Assembly: GCA_002633005.1 (NCBI GenBank)
Contig: NMRA01000405.1
Location: 378,504 to 416,002, forward strand
DNA from: Phoronis australis
Taxonomy: Eukaryota > Animalia > Phoronida
Length of the DNA stretch: 37,499 bases
Direction of reading: 5' to 3'
Positions 1 to 11,495 of the stretch are shown piece by piece; position 1 is the stretch's first letter; every line of letters starts with the position of its first letter. The notes beneath the pieces are model-generated. The model was given only the letters and a program-made list of their open reading frames with translations, was not told the DNA's origin and did no database searches. The position numbers and the translations under genes are program-made.

Positions 1-173
1 TTATTAATGTTTGGAATGATTTCCAACAGATTTATGAGTGACAGTTACATCGAAGCAGTGTTATTAATGTTTGGAATGATTTCCAACAGATTTATGAGTG
101 ACAGTTACATCAAAGCAGTGTTATTAATGTTTGGAATGATTTCCAACAGATTTATGAGTGACAGTTACATCAA
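1..173. repeat. 60-bp tandem repeat (about 2.9 copies, truncated by window edge)
   Basis: Lines 1, 61 and 121 are near-identical 60-mers; each unit contains a small inverted repeat TTGGAA-tgat-TTCCAA. Confidence 0.95.
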
Positions 174-2569
174 TCAATGCATAAGCTGTCAACTCTACAT
201 TTGTTAGTGAGGTAAGATTACAATCCAAGCCCAAAGGCAAAGGGTACGTGACAAACATCCATTAGACTATTTATTTACTCCCTATCCCATGTCTTCCGGA
301 AATCTATAACACAATGAATTGGAAATCTGTCATGTCTGTTTTCACGTGACCTTTGGTTTTTAGGTTTGAGGGCTTGTACCGTGCAGAGGAGATATGCATC
401 GTTTCTGCACCGTACCTGAACGGACAACCATTGGTTTTCAGCAGTTGACTGCAGCTATGAGCAAGATCTTCCCATCCAGTGCAGATCTGTTGTCAAAACC
501 TACTTTCTATATCGGAGACAACGAACAAAGCCTTTGAAAAGGGCAGCTATTTTTAAAGAAAGGTATGTAAGTCGGTTTGTTAATTTACTTATTCAGGTCC
601 TTAGCGGGGGATTGGCATGGGGGTTGGGATTGTAAAATTTGGTGCAAATATGTGTATGGAAATAACAAGTAACAGTGTCTGAGGGAAAGAACATGGTGAT
701 TTAATTCTTAACCCTCATAAAGTTCCTTCAAGTTTATTTCATGAAACTGTTTTGCTATCAATTGTAAACCCATAAAAATGTATTGCATTTTGTGAATTCT
801 CAATGACTGAATAGTCTTAGCTCAAGCCTTGAAATGTCGTTTATAAATTCAAATGACTGCCATTTTTAATGAAAATTGCATTTTTGATGGTGCCTTACGA
901 TTTGTAATTACTCTTAAACAACAGAAAGATTATTCATCATTTTAAATGACCCAAGTCTTCATATCTTCTATTAGAAGAAAACTAAAGAGTCTGAGAAACG
1001 GTTCCCTCAGCCTTAGACCAGAAGCCCATGCTTAACAGTCCCATGAATCTGTAATCGGAGCTTAAAATTACTGAAAGTGTCAAAAATAAAAAAATTGGCT
1101 TGAAAATGGGTAACAAAGGTTTGAATTTGTCTCAAATAACTTGAATATTTTGCAGACAAGTGATGCGTTTAAAGAATAATTGTTATCATTACCAATGAAA
1201 TAAAGACACAATACTTATTATATACACCCTTGCTTTCTGGATATATTAATTATTTAATTTTGAAATTTTAGAGCAGACACCGTATTATATATTTGAAAAA
1301 CAGGGGTAGCATGTTGACCCAACCTGGAGTAATTAATTATTCATATTTCAATATTTGTTCCAGGTTCAGTGGCATTTTAAGGCCACTTCAAGCCGCAACA
1401 TAGTTACATTGTTACTCCTTTCTCTTCCCAAAAGCATTTCCCCACACCAGCAGTGCTGCATGGCGCAATGTAAATGTACAAGTCAGTGGCCATGGAGAAA
1501 TGTGATTTGCAGTGCTAAGTTTCCACAAGACAATGTGCCAGTGGATTGTTTGTGTTTGAAGAGGAACTATATCTGACTGCTACACAAGTCAGGCAATGAG
1601 TCACGAGTGGACAACAGCTTATTTCCTTTCCTGGAAGAAACATGAAGGACTGAAGCTAAAGAACACCTAGTGACACTCTGGTCTAGTTCAGTGTCAGATT
1701 GTGGGCACAAAACGAGTCAAGTGATATGCTGTTGTGTTTACCTTCAAGGATCTAATTGTGGATGTTATTGAGGCTGAATGATGTTTCATGAAGGAAAGCC
1801 ACGTGCCTCAGTAAACTAGACCTTTCTACAAGCGTTTCTATAGGTCATTGAAACTAGATTCCAGTGAAATGAAAACCAAAAGCATCTGATATAAATACCT
1901 GCCCTTTCTCACTGAGTGACATTAACTTATCCTGTCAGAAGAAAGGATTTATACTAAAGGTAAAAACTTCAATTTAGTACACATTATGGAGAAATGACAT
2001 TCCGTGATTGCATCGAGTGTCCCATTCTCAATGGAATGCCCGTTAATGTCACACTTTAATGATCAAATAAATTTTTCATCAACAGACAAATTTGTCACGG
2101 ATTATTGAAACCACAATATTTCTTCATTTTTAAAGCCCTATACAGAGCAGTTGTTATGATTCTTTATAAAGCTGAAATGATTACCGATTACGCTTGCGAA
2201 TTGTCATTTTCCTGTTAACCTATAGAAATGTGCAGCGATCAAAATGAAGTATTCCCTTTTTTGCATTTGATTTGCTTCTGCGTGTAATTATTTTTAGAGC
2301 TTTCTGAGAAGGCCTTTGAACAATTTTAAGTTTTGTGTTAACTTGTCTGCAACAAAAAATACACATGCAAGAAAAGTACGTTTTCAATTGCAGCTAGCTG
2401 GATAAGAATCTGCTATGCACAAGATTGGAGAATAAACAATTGTGAGTGTATTTAAAAATAAAATGGCAAACTGAACAACCACATACATGCAAAGAAACAA
2501 CATTTTTAAAAAAAATTGTAATTTTCCCAACGCAACGGCATATCAAGGGCTGACTTTCTGAATTAGGTT

Positions 2570-3460
2570 CAATTCTCTCGGGTTATTGCTGAAGGATCAT
2601 TGCTTTTCACTTTGTCCAAAGGTAAAATAGACGGTCAAGCGACTGGTTTCAGTCGTTTTCTCTCATCTATAACAGAATAGTCACAAAACTATTTTTGTAA
2701 GGCAGAACATACTTGACGTTTTATCTTCATGTTTATACTGTATGTAGAAACTGATAATCCTTGTACCCATGTCTTATTTAAGATCTGAATTAAAATATGT
2801 GAACAAGCTAAAAGCGATTTAACAATGCGTACTTTTCATGACACCTAAACTGTGTTTGTGATCTCAACAAATAAAATTCATTCTAAGTGAAATGTTACAA
2901 AGTATTCTGAATAGCGTATTCGTGTTAGTTTCGTAACTAATCTCGTAGTTCTGGGGGTAGGGTCAACTATAAAATAAGGAAACTCACTCATCTAAATAAT
3001 TTTATGGGACATAGCATAGCTTTGAAGAGAAACTGTTGTGAAAGTCACCATTGACTTCTGAGCGTCACGTACCATACACCTTTTATATTGGGCGCACTCC
3101 CACCCAGGACAATGTGAATATGTGCTGCTAGCCTACCATCCGGGTCCCGGGTGAGTTTCCGAAAAGGGACACTTAGTTCCACTGAATAAACCCGTTATTC
3201 ATTGGGGTAACTCGTGGGGATAACATCATCGAACGATGTCGAAATAAACTGATTGCTAAAAACTTACTAAGTAACGTTATGTAGTCTATCAATGGGAATG
3301 CATAGAGCACGCAGTGAGGCTTGGACATCCACACACTATTTGTCGGTTGGTTGAACCTTTTGACCGCAATTCTCCACGCCTGTAGTAACCTTAGGTCTTT
3401 TGGGAATTTGTGACCACCTGTCGAAGACTTGCACCAGGGAAAATAGCAATAACAAGGCAT
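2570..3460 (-). pseudogene. Spliced THAP zinc-finger pseudogene, probably a DNA-transposon relic (exons 3460-3268 and 2666-~2570)
   Basis: Exon 1 reads MPCYCYFPWCKSSTGGHKFPKDLRLLQAWRIAVKR...VW..PHCVL..F..DYITLL and ends at donor A|GTAAGT (3268). Acceptor CTGTTATAG (2667) then gives, in phase, (N)ERKRLKPVA*PSILP, the THAP RLKxxAVPSI motif with a stop. The second Cys/His pair is degraded. Confidence 0.7.
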
Positions 3461-4445
3461 AGCGCAACGACGTATTTTGACAACAATTCCTTTTTTTACC
3501 GGCTGTTTACATGCAGACAGCAACGTATGCGCAATTCAATCACCACTAGTACAGCAGCGACACCGCGAGGAGAATTCTCCGAATAACCCCATTGACTAGA
3601 TCAGCGCCATTTTGATTCTTGGAGACGAGGCTGCAGCTGAATGTCGCACAAAATCAGATGGAGGTCGCGACTATTTGCATGATATGCAACACCAGACTGA
3701 ACGTGTACATTAAAAGCGTACTCGTTACGGTGCAAAAAAGCGTTATGGTTGTGTTTATCGTGCTTAAAATATTCCGAATAAATATAGATTATTACATGGC
3801 GAAGTCGTCATCCCCCGTTATCTAGAGCCGAGAGTGATAATTCTCCAAAATATACGAGGGCTTTACATAAGGGGGATAACGGCTGAGAGCATGTAATAAT
3901 CTATTTATACCACATACTAAACAAGAAACATTGCAATGAATCGATTTACCTTTTCTGACTCTCCACGGCTTTGTAACTACTTTCTATGTCAGAGGCCCGG
4001 GGTCGGAGGTCGTGACCTTTTAAGAAAAGCCGGGCTATTTTTGTCAAATAATGCTTTTACTCAAAACCAATTGAAAACTTAAATATAATAGAAATAAATT
4101 GAATTTATAAATTAAGGTTTACCAACTCTTATAGCTTATAACACGTTTTTAACGCTAAGCATCGACCGGGAAATTATCGTCTACTAAAGTAAGTTACCAC
4201 TGGTAACTGAATATAATTCTCAAGTCAAAGATCCTGACGACACGATACCCGCATTCAAACTGGAGATCGGTGATTTACAAGTAGGAGGACATGAGAGAAA
4301 AAGTTCACTGAATTAAAATATCATTTTTATGGAAATTATGAGTCTTATTTTTCGTAGCGTATAAGTACAGTACAATGCGGTTTGTTGAACATGCGATTAT
4401 TGCGCGTGCTCATTTAAGTATTCTATTTTCACTCTTGATGACGTC

Positions 4446-4520
4446 AGTCGCTGCATGGTGTAGTGGTAAAGTCGGCGACCAGCAATTCCAGGGTCCCGGG
4501 TTCGACTCCGCCCTCGGTTT
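4446..4520 (+). ncRNA. tRNA-derived (SINE-head-like) Pol III promoter in left palindrome arm; not a canonical tRNA
   Basis: A-box TGGTGTAGTGGT and B-box GGTTCGACTCC at tRNA spacing; acceptor and anticodon stems pair poorly. Confidence 0.65.
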
Positions 4521-4701
4521 CCCGCCAAATCATTATCTCACTAGTGAGATAACTTTATGGGTTATTACACGGTTGTATCTGCCATTTGACGGTAATACTG
4601 TGGTATAAAGGGCTTTATATCACAATATTAGCCTCGAATGGCCAATACAACCAAGTAATAACCCATTTAGTTATCTCACTAGTGAGATAAAATTTAGCGG
4701 G

Positions 4702-4776
4702 AACCGAGGCAGGTTTCGAACCCGTGCCGCAAGAGTTTCAGGTCGTCGACTTTACCACTGCATCACTCAGCGGCTG
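4702..4776 (-). ncRNA. tRNA-derived Pol III head in right palindrome arm
   Basis: The reverse strand reads GTGATGCAGTGGTAAAGTCG...GGGTTCGAAACC, the mirror of 4446-4520; a T4 run follows at 4692-4689. Confidence 0.6.
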
Positions 4777-5155
4777 AAGTCATAGAACGTGCAAATAGAA
4801 TACTTAAATGAGCACGAGCAACAATCGCATGTTCAGCAGAGGGCATCGTACAGACATTTATACGCTATGAAAAATAAGACGCATAATTTCCATAAAAACG
4901 ATAATTCAATATTTTAAATTTTTCTCTCATGTTCTCTCACTTGTAAATCACCGCTCTCCAATTTGAATGCGGGTATCGTGTCTTCGGGATCCTTTCACTT
5001 GAGCATTATACTCAGTTACCGGTGGTAACCTACTTTAGCAGACGATATTTTCCCGGTCGCAGCTTGGCGTGATAAATCGTGTAGTAAGCCATAATAGCTG
5101 CTAAACCTTAATTTATAGATTCGCTTTTATTATTTATATTTAGTTTAAATTTTCA

Positions 5156-5570
5156 TTAAACTGAAAATAGAAACTGGTAGGCACCATGACATTCCAAAGG
5201 AAGATAGAATTTGCGAAATTTGCAACCGTTCAGAAATTGAAGACGAAATACACTTATTACTTACCTGCCCCGTACTTAACGACATTAGAAAGAATTTCTT
5301 ATCAGAAATAATCCCGACAGCATACTGACATCGAAAACGTCAAATACTTATTCAAAACAAACTCTGGAAATCTTTTGAAAAGACTATCCTTATTTATATT
5401 AAAGGCTTATGGTATTAGACAGGAAACTCTAACATTGTAACGTGTAAATATGTATATATGTATTGAATACCCGGACATGAAATTGCCACCTATACCAAAT
5501 GTTGCAATGTAATATGTACAAATGAGCTTAGATCCAAGTGCAATAAAGAACCTCTCTCTCTCCCTCTCTC
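5156..5570 (+). mobile_element. 5'-truncated LINE 3' end (RTEX-like)
   Basis: From 5158 it translates KLKIETGRHHDIPKEDRICEICNRSEIEDEIHLLLTCPVLNDIR (CCHC C-terminal motif). Ends in AATAAA plus a (CT)n tail. TSD TTAAATTTTCA (5145-5155) / TTAAAATTTCA (5571-5581). Absent from the mirror arm. Confidence 0.85.
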
Positions 5571-6093
5571 TTAAAATTTCAATTGGTTTTGAGTAAAAGC
5601 ATTATTTGACAAAAATAGCTCGGCTTTTCTGAAAAGGTCACGACCTCCGACCCCGGGTCTGTCTCTGACATAGAAAGTAGTTACAAAGCCGAAGCGAGTA
5701 GAGAAAGGTAGATGGATTCATTGCAATGTTTCTCGTTCAGTATGTGGTATAAATAGTCGTTATCCCCACCGTGGATTTTGAAGAATCACCTTCGGGGCTA
5801 ACGCCCCTCGGGCGATAACTCTCCAAAATCCACTCGGCCTCCAGAATACGGGGGATAACGACATCACCATGTAATAATCTATATTTACTTTCACCCGACG
5901 GATTTAAAAAGTTTTATTTTTAAATTGAAGTTCTGGCTAAGCCTACTACGTAATGCCTTTTATATTTAAAACTTTTTTTTAGCCAAAACGTTTTAAATTT
6001 CCTTTCACAGGACGAATTTATGACGTTTTAACTAACGCTCTTGCTAGTTAAAATGCTCGTGTAAATCTAGCTTGGCTATTAAATAATCCTTAC

Positions 6094-6207
6094 CTGAGGT
6101 CTAACACCCCCTCCGTACTTTGCTTTGGTCCACGTCAGTTTGTCATAAATAAAAAACCCATAACTCCTGTCACCGTCTGATATAATGGCAGCTTGAAAGG
6201 TATTCTT
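6094..6207 (-). CDS. NIDO-domain protein, coding exon 4
   Basis: TTTTGTGCAG acceptor and CAG|GTAAGG donor; 38 codons KNTFQAAIISDGDRSYGFFIYDKLTWTKAKYGGGVRPQ carry the NIDO NTFQxxLxxDG motif; phase 0/0. Confidence 0.92.
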
Positions 6208-8330
6208 CTGCACAAAAGTACAAGGGTAAATGAATTGCCATGCAAATATATAGACGGTTCATTGAATAATACGAGTTCTGTAAAACTTTTGAAAGTTCAC
6301 GCAGTTTAAACTTCCAACATAACCGTAGCTTTCCACAGAGGAACATATTGATTGAACTGACTAAGGAAATGTGCGGGTAGCTGACTAAGGATCAAGAGTG
6401 CTACCTGTCACGGATGTGCAACAAAACGAACTTTCAAAGGAATCGAAGCTTTTAACGTATCGTGCAAGCGCAGTAAATTTGGTTAATTCATAAATGATTG
6501 GAATTTATTCAAGTTTGTCACGGCGTTAAGCGAATACCGGGAGAACAAATGCAACACGCCAAAGATGCAAAAACAACTTGTTTTTGATTGCAATGGTTTT
6601 GTACTGTTATCCTCCAATCCCAAAAACTAAGGAAATGACCATTCTTAAAATGTATCTCCGGCGAACATTCGTATACCAAACCGAAGCTTGAAAAGCATAA
6701 CACAGATCTCATCTTCCTAGCGAATACTCAGCTCCTAAGGGTTGGTTTACCGGCTATCATCTTCCTAGCTCAATCTCTCGATTTGACGATTTCATGTATA
6801 CTTAAGGGGCAACCGTTTAAGAAACTTGATGCGTTCATGTAGGCCTGTTTATGATCCCGAATAAGGTATCAGATGAGAAAGACCGCGATCAATCGTCATA
6901 CTTGAGACGCAGGAACGAGTGAGGGAGACCGGCTCTGAGATCACCGAGTCGCTGTGGTGTGTTGCAGTCGCTTTGCAAAGTTGACTAATTTATAAAGTAT
7001 TTGGATATTATATTTTACTTCAAATAACACATTATTTAAGTTGAAAAGGTTAATTTGCGTTATTGTGTTATTATGGCGTCAAACAATAGCGCTTGACATC
7101 GAATTTCACAATGACGACATGTTAAATGATGAAAAAAAGCAATGTATAGAAATCAGGGGTGACTTCATTCAAACGGCAACTTTGGATTTGTTGAAGAAGA
7201 AACGTCTCGCCGTAAAAAGCGTATTATCTTTTACTTCATCGTCATAAATTCTTGCTTTATACTCCGACACTGTTTTAAAATCAAATTTATCTTCCATGGA
7301 TACTTTCTTATTGTACCTTTCTGTCTCCCAGACAGTGTCTGTCGACCAACTTAAATTGTTCTCATTTAAACATTTTCATTACTTGTTTTACGGACAGGCT
7401 TACATTGTCATCTCACAATCGCTATTATCAAGACATTTCAATTGCACAGGAAAACGTTAAGCTAACTTCTCAGGTAAAAGCGTCCTATTATTAAAGGTCT
7501 CGAGATATTTAACGTCTCCGTGGGGACCTCCGTGACATTTCCCACACACTGATTATCTAGTCGAAACCACAAATAGGCGGGTTTGTCACGAGGTATCAAA
7601 ATATTTCATCACCACGACAAGAGTCTACACCTATGAGTTTACTGTCGTTCACTCCTTCGACACCCGCCTCATTCCCCTAAGTACATTCTGTATACCGTTG
7701 TAAAACGGCTACTGAACATGCGGGCACCAGCCTAAAAATGGGAGGGTCGATTTTTTGAGAGTGTTGGCCTTTTACTGACTAAGATTCATGGGTTACGTTC
7801 AGAGCTATTTATTTTGTGCATTCGCCAAATTTTGGTAGTTCCATTCTTATTAGTTTACTTTTGCCTCGTTTTCTACTTTTCCGGAATTTTTGTTTCTCAG
7901 AGGAGGACCTTTTCCCCACTTCGCCAGGAGAGGGCGAGCCCCCACTGGGTGCGCACATGCTCAAGTTTGCCTATTTCGTTTCGGCATAACAGACAAAATA
8001 CATGAAGCTTTAATTGACAGTCATTTTCTTGGACGATAACAAGTAAGCGGATTCGCCTACTCAGGTAACAGGCTCTACTGACCGGCCGCGCTTCAGATGA
8101 CTAATCACGTTATACAACAAGGGAAAGTCGTAGACTGCGAAACTTTCTGATAAATTCACTCGGTTTTTACATTCACGAAATTTTTGCCATTGGTTTATAC
8201 ATTATGGGATATGATACCATTGTTTACGTTCCATAAGCCTAGATATTTCGCGTTTTCTTAGCAGTTTTGAAGTGTTTCTAGTTTGACACCTGCTCTAAGC
8301 AGTATTTAGATGCACACTGTATCAAAAATT

Positions 8331-8375
8331 CACACACGCACACGCGCACACGCACCCGCATCCACACAATCCACA

Positions 8376-8414
<39 letters not shown>

Positions 8415-8700
8415 CATTAACACCCACAAACACATACACAAACACACCCACCCATACAGCTAGGCGCACACCCACCCACCCACCCATCCATCCACCCACC
8501 CATNNNNNNNNNNNNNNNNNNNNNNNNNNNNNNNNNNNNNNNNNNNNNNNNNNNNNNNNNNNNNNNNNNNNNNNNNNNNNNNNNNNNNNNNNNNNNNNNN
8601 NNNNNNNNNNNNNNNNNNATCCACCCATCCATCCACCCATCCACCTATCCACCCACCAACCCAGCCACCCACCCACACACACACACCCACATCCATACGC
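8331..8700. repeat. Compound microsatellite (CA)n/(CCAC,CCAT)n containing assembly gap 8504-8618
   Basis: Directly visible simple repeats flanking 115 Ns. Confidence 0.95.
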
Positions 8701-8806
8701 ACGTCTGTAAAAAAAACAGTGCAGGTGGTCTGATGTCATTTGCTATGCATCAGACGTGCGCGTGTCCGAATGTCAAAATCAGGCAAAATAGTCATTGGGG
8801 TTTTAC

Positions 8807-9103
8807 CTTTAGTCCTTGACCTGGTCTTGTGGTTGAACCATAAAATGTCACGTTGTGCCATGTAACTATTATGGCAATTGCGGCATTGAAAGTGGAGATT
8901 CCTTTTAAAGCAGACCGCACTAGACCAGTTGCTTTTTTGAGCTGTGACCCAGATGTCACCTGTCTGTAGAGAACCTTGCCAATACCCTCGCGTGTGTCGA
9001 CGTCTGCCCAGTATGGGGATATTATTTTCCGACTTTGTGGAAAACGGAGTGGTGAATACACGTCAAGCCCTCCGTCTAGGGAAAGTATTCCATTAGTACA
9101 AAT
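8807..9103 (-). CDS. NIDO-domain protein, coding exon 3
   Basis: ATTTTAG acceptor and AAG|GTAAAA donor; 99 codons ICTNGILSL...ISPYWADVDTR...VLYRQ...IIVTWHNVTFYG, the classic NIDO motifs. Confidence 0.93.
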
Positions 9104-11495
9104 CTAAAATTGAGATAAAAATCAAGCCATGAAGTTGCATTTTCGTAACAAGGAAGGCAAGACGTCTGATCAGAATTAGGCAGACCCGTTTTTACAAATG
9201 CTTGTGATAAGCCGTTTTGCGGGTAACTAACATAACATTAAAGTGTAATATGATTATATTCTGAACACCCACGAGGGGGAACAGTGCCAGACCTTATGAG
9301 GGGCATGATGTGGCAAGATTACACAAAACATTTAGTTTTTAAAGTCACAATTCTTGTCTGATCTTCAAAATTCAACAATCTAACCACGGGTACTTTTCAC
9401 GAACTATTCAAATATGCTGATTAAAATTGTCAAAACGAAAAACTAAAATGGTATTGTCACCCCCAGTTTATGATGGGTACCACTATCCAGAGAACGACAA
9501 CTCAGTAGCATGGGCGATATACAGTAATATACTACAACAACTCGATGTACGCAACCCAGTCGAGATACTCAATCTCGACCGGTGAGGGTGTCGACGTAGG
9601 ATTCTTTTCTTGCAGCTACCAGCTGAAGGACATTTCAAAAGTTTCATATCATTTATGCCCATCAGCTAACACTGTTCGGATAGTTTTATAGAAATGGGTT
9701 ATGTGTTGGCAGCAAATTTTCTTTAACGTAGATGCATTTCAAAACAACATTGGCTTCTGCCGGTTCTAGTTTCCTCAAAGTCCTCTCATATCGCACGCTC
9801 TTGTATTGGTAGACAATGCAGTAGTTATGTTGTGACTTCGTGGTTCGATATGACTTTGTGGTAGTTCATGTTTGGTGTCTGGATTTGAGTCATGAAGGTG
9901 ACCTCTGTTTCCTCTATTGGTGTGCCCATTGACGTCCATCAGATAACAACTCGGTGCCATTTTCTCTTGCACAATAGAAGAAATCCAGCTGAAGATTTGC
10001 TTAGCTCCGAACTGGTTGCCCAACCACAAGTTCGGGAAGTGGTCTTGTGTGTCTATCGAGGTAGTGTTTAACCTTTTTTCTCTTCGTAACCTCACACTGT
10101 AGCTGAGGTTGGTGAAAATCACTGTGGTATGGTAGGAGTAGTTGCTTTCTTCTTGTCATCAACCGTTGTATTTTAGAACTCGCCATACAAGGGTTATTGG
10201 TATTTTTTCATTCGAGTACACTGTGTACTCCGTTTGTAGTGACAATGGGCTTCAGCTTGTATATCGGTGTCAACGAAATCAAAATAGACACCTATTACGG
10301 TCATGTAATGCCGCCTGTTTCAAGGTAATCACTAGGAACGATTCCCAAGGATACTTCGGCACTGGATGAGTGGTTGGTTGACATGTGCCGAGACAGCTTC
10401 TGGGCAGGTTTGACACCTCTGAACTGTTTCATTTAGCCGGTTTTTCATATTCGGCCAATGTGTAATGTCTCTTGCCGTGTTGACGTGTTCTGTTTTCCAA
10501 GATAAGATACATGTCAGTGCTCGCGAATAGCGTCATGATTGTTGTGTATCTGTTGGACAGGATGCCTTCGATGTTCACTAGAGACAGTTTGTTGGGGAAA
10601 AAAATTTCCTCCTGCATGTTGCATGGCACGAATAACTCTGTTCCATGGCTCCAGTCCGTATTAGGTAAGTAGGCTGCAGAGCGAGTGTCACTGAAATACA
10701 TCGTAGGATCTTCCTAGCACACCAAATTCATAAGAATTCCTGAAGTCAAAGTCACATTCGCTGAAGGCGTATTGAACTGGTAATATAGGCTTTGAAAATA
10801 TACTCTTCAAAGGCTTGTGGTAGCTCAGTATCAACAATGTATCCTCTCCATGGATGTACTGCTCGACTCAAACTGTCGTAAAGGCAATTGGCAAACATCC
10901 TTCTCTAGATGAGCGTTAGTAGACTCCGAGGGGATCAATGCATGTGATGACAAAACTACAGGGTGGTTCTCCTGTGAGAGGACTGCACATAGGCCAATAT
11001 CAAAGCAATCGTTTACTCATAATACATCGTTTGTAATGCCCTAGTACTTCATTACTGGCGTAATAGTGAGGAGAGTTTTGATCTGTTGGACGGCTTTGTC
11101 ATTTCTGGCTTCCAATTGAATATAGTGTAAGCGAGCGTAAAGCTTCTCAATTGTTCACAGACAGGGCTCAGTAATATACCAGGTAAGTTACCTTACCGAT
11201 CAATTGTGGAACTCCAGCAATGTCAGTCGGAGTTGGCCTGTACTTTACAGCTTTGACTTTCACCGTGTCAGTCCGGAGCTCTTATGAAGAGAACATACAT
11301 GTACAGCGTATGTAGCATGTATGAAACACGTGGCAGTGTGTACTTCAGCTTCCTGTTTCAGACCTCGTTCTGGACAATTCAAGAGCCAATTGGAGGCAGC
11401 GTGATGTGATTGGTTTGCTTTGTCATTATGAGTCGTTAGCACCGGAGACTATGATGTCATCTTCCATGACAGCTACATTGCAAAGGCCTCCCAAG

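Larger units (their letters stand above)
3779..5887. mobile_element. Giant palindromic/foldback non-autonomous DNA element, symmetry axis at 4611-4612
   Basis: Termini TAAATATAGATTATTACATGG / CCATGTAATAATCTATATTTA. The arms are reverse complements along most of their length (e.g. 3967-4075 vs 5577-5690; 4533-4552 vs 4671-4690). Centre is TATAAAG-gg-CTTTATA. Confidence 0.9.

Noticed and set aside
1-173. CRISPR-like array or 66-aa repeat protein
   Set aside because: Units are contiguous with no unique spacers, the context is eukaryotic, and the ORF is a by-product of the 60-bp period.
4446-4520. Functional tRNA gene
   Set aside because: A/B boxes are present but acceptor and anticodon stems do not pair well, and the two copies disagree at the anticodon.
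7717-7959. hAT-like MITE with CATG(C/T)G.GCACC ends
   Set aside because: TIR match is short and imperfect and there is no TSD.
8278-8739. ORFs across the microsatellite and gap
   Set aside because: Translations of simple repeats and Ns.
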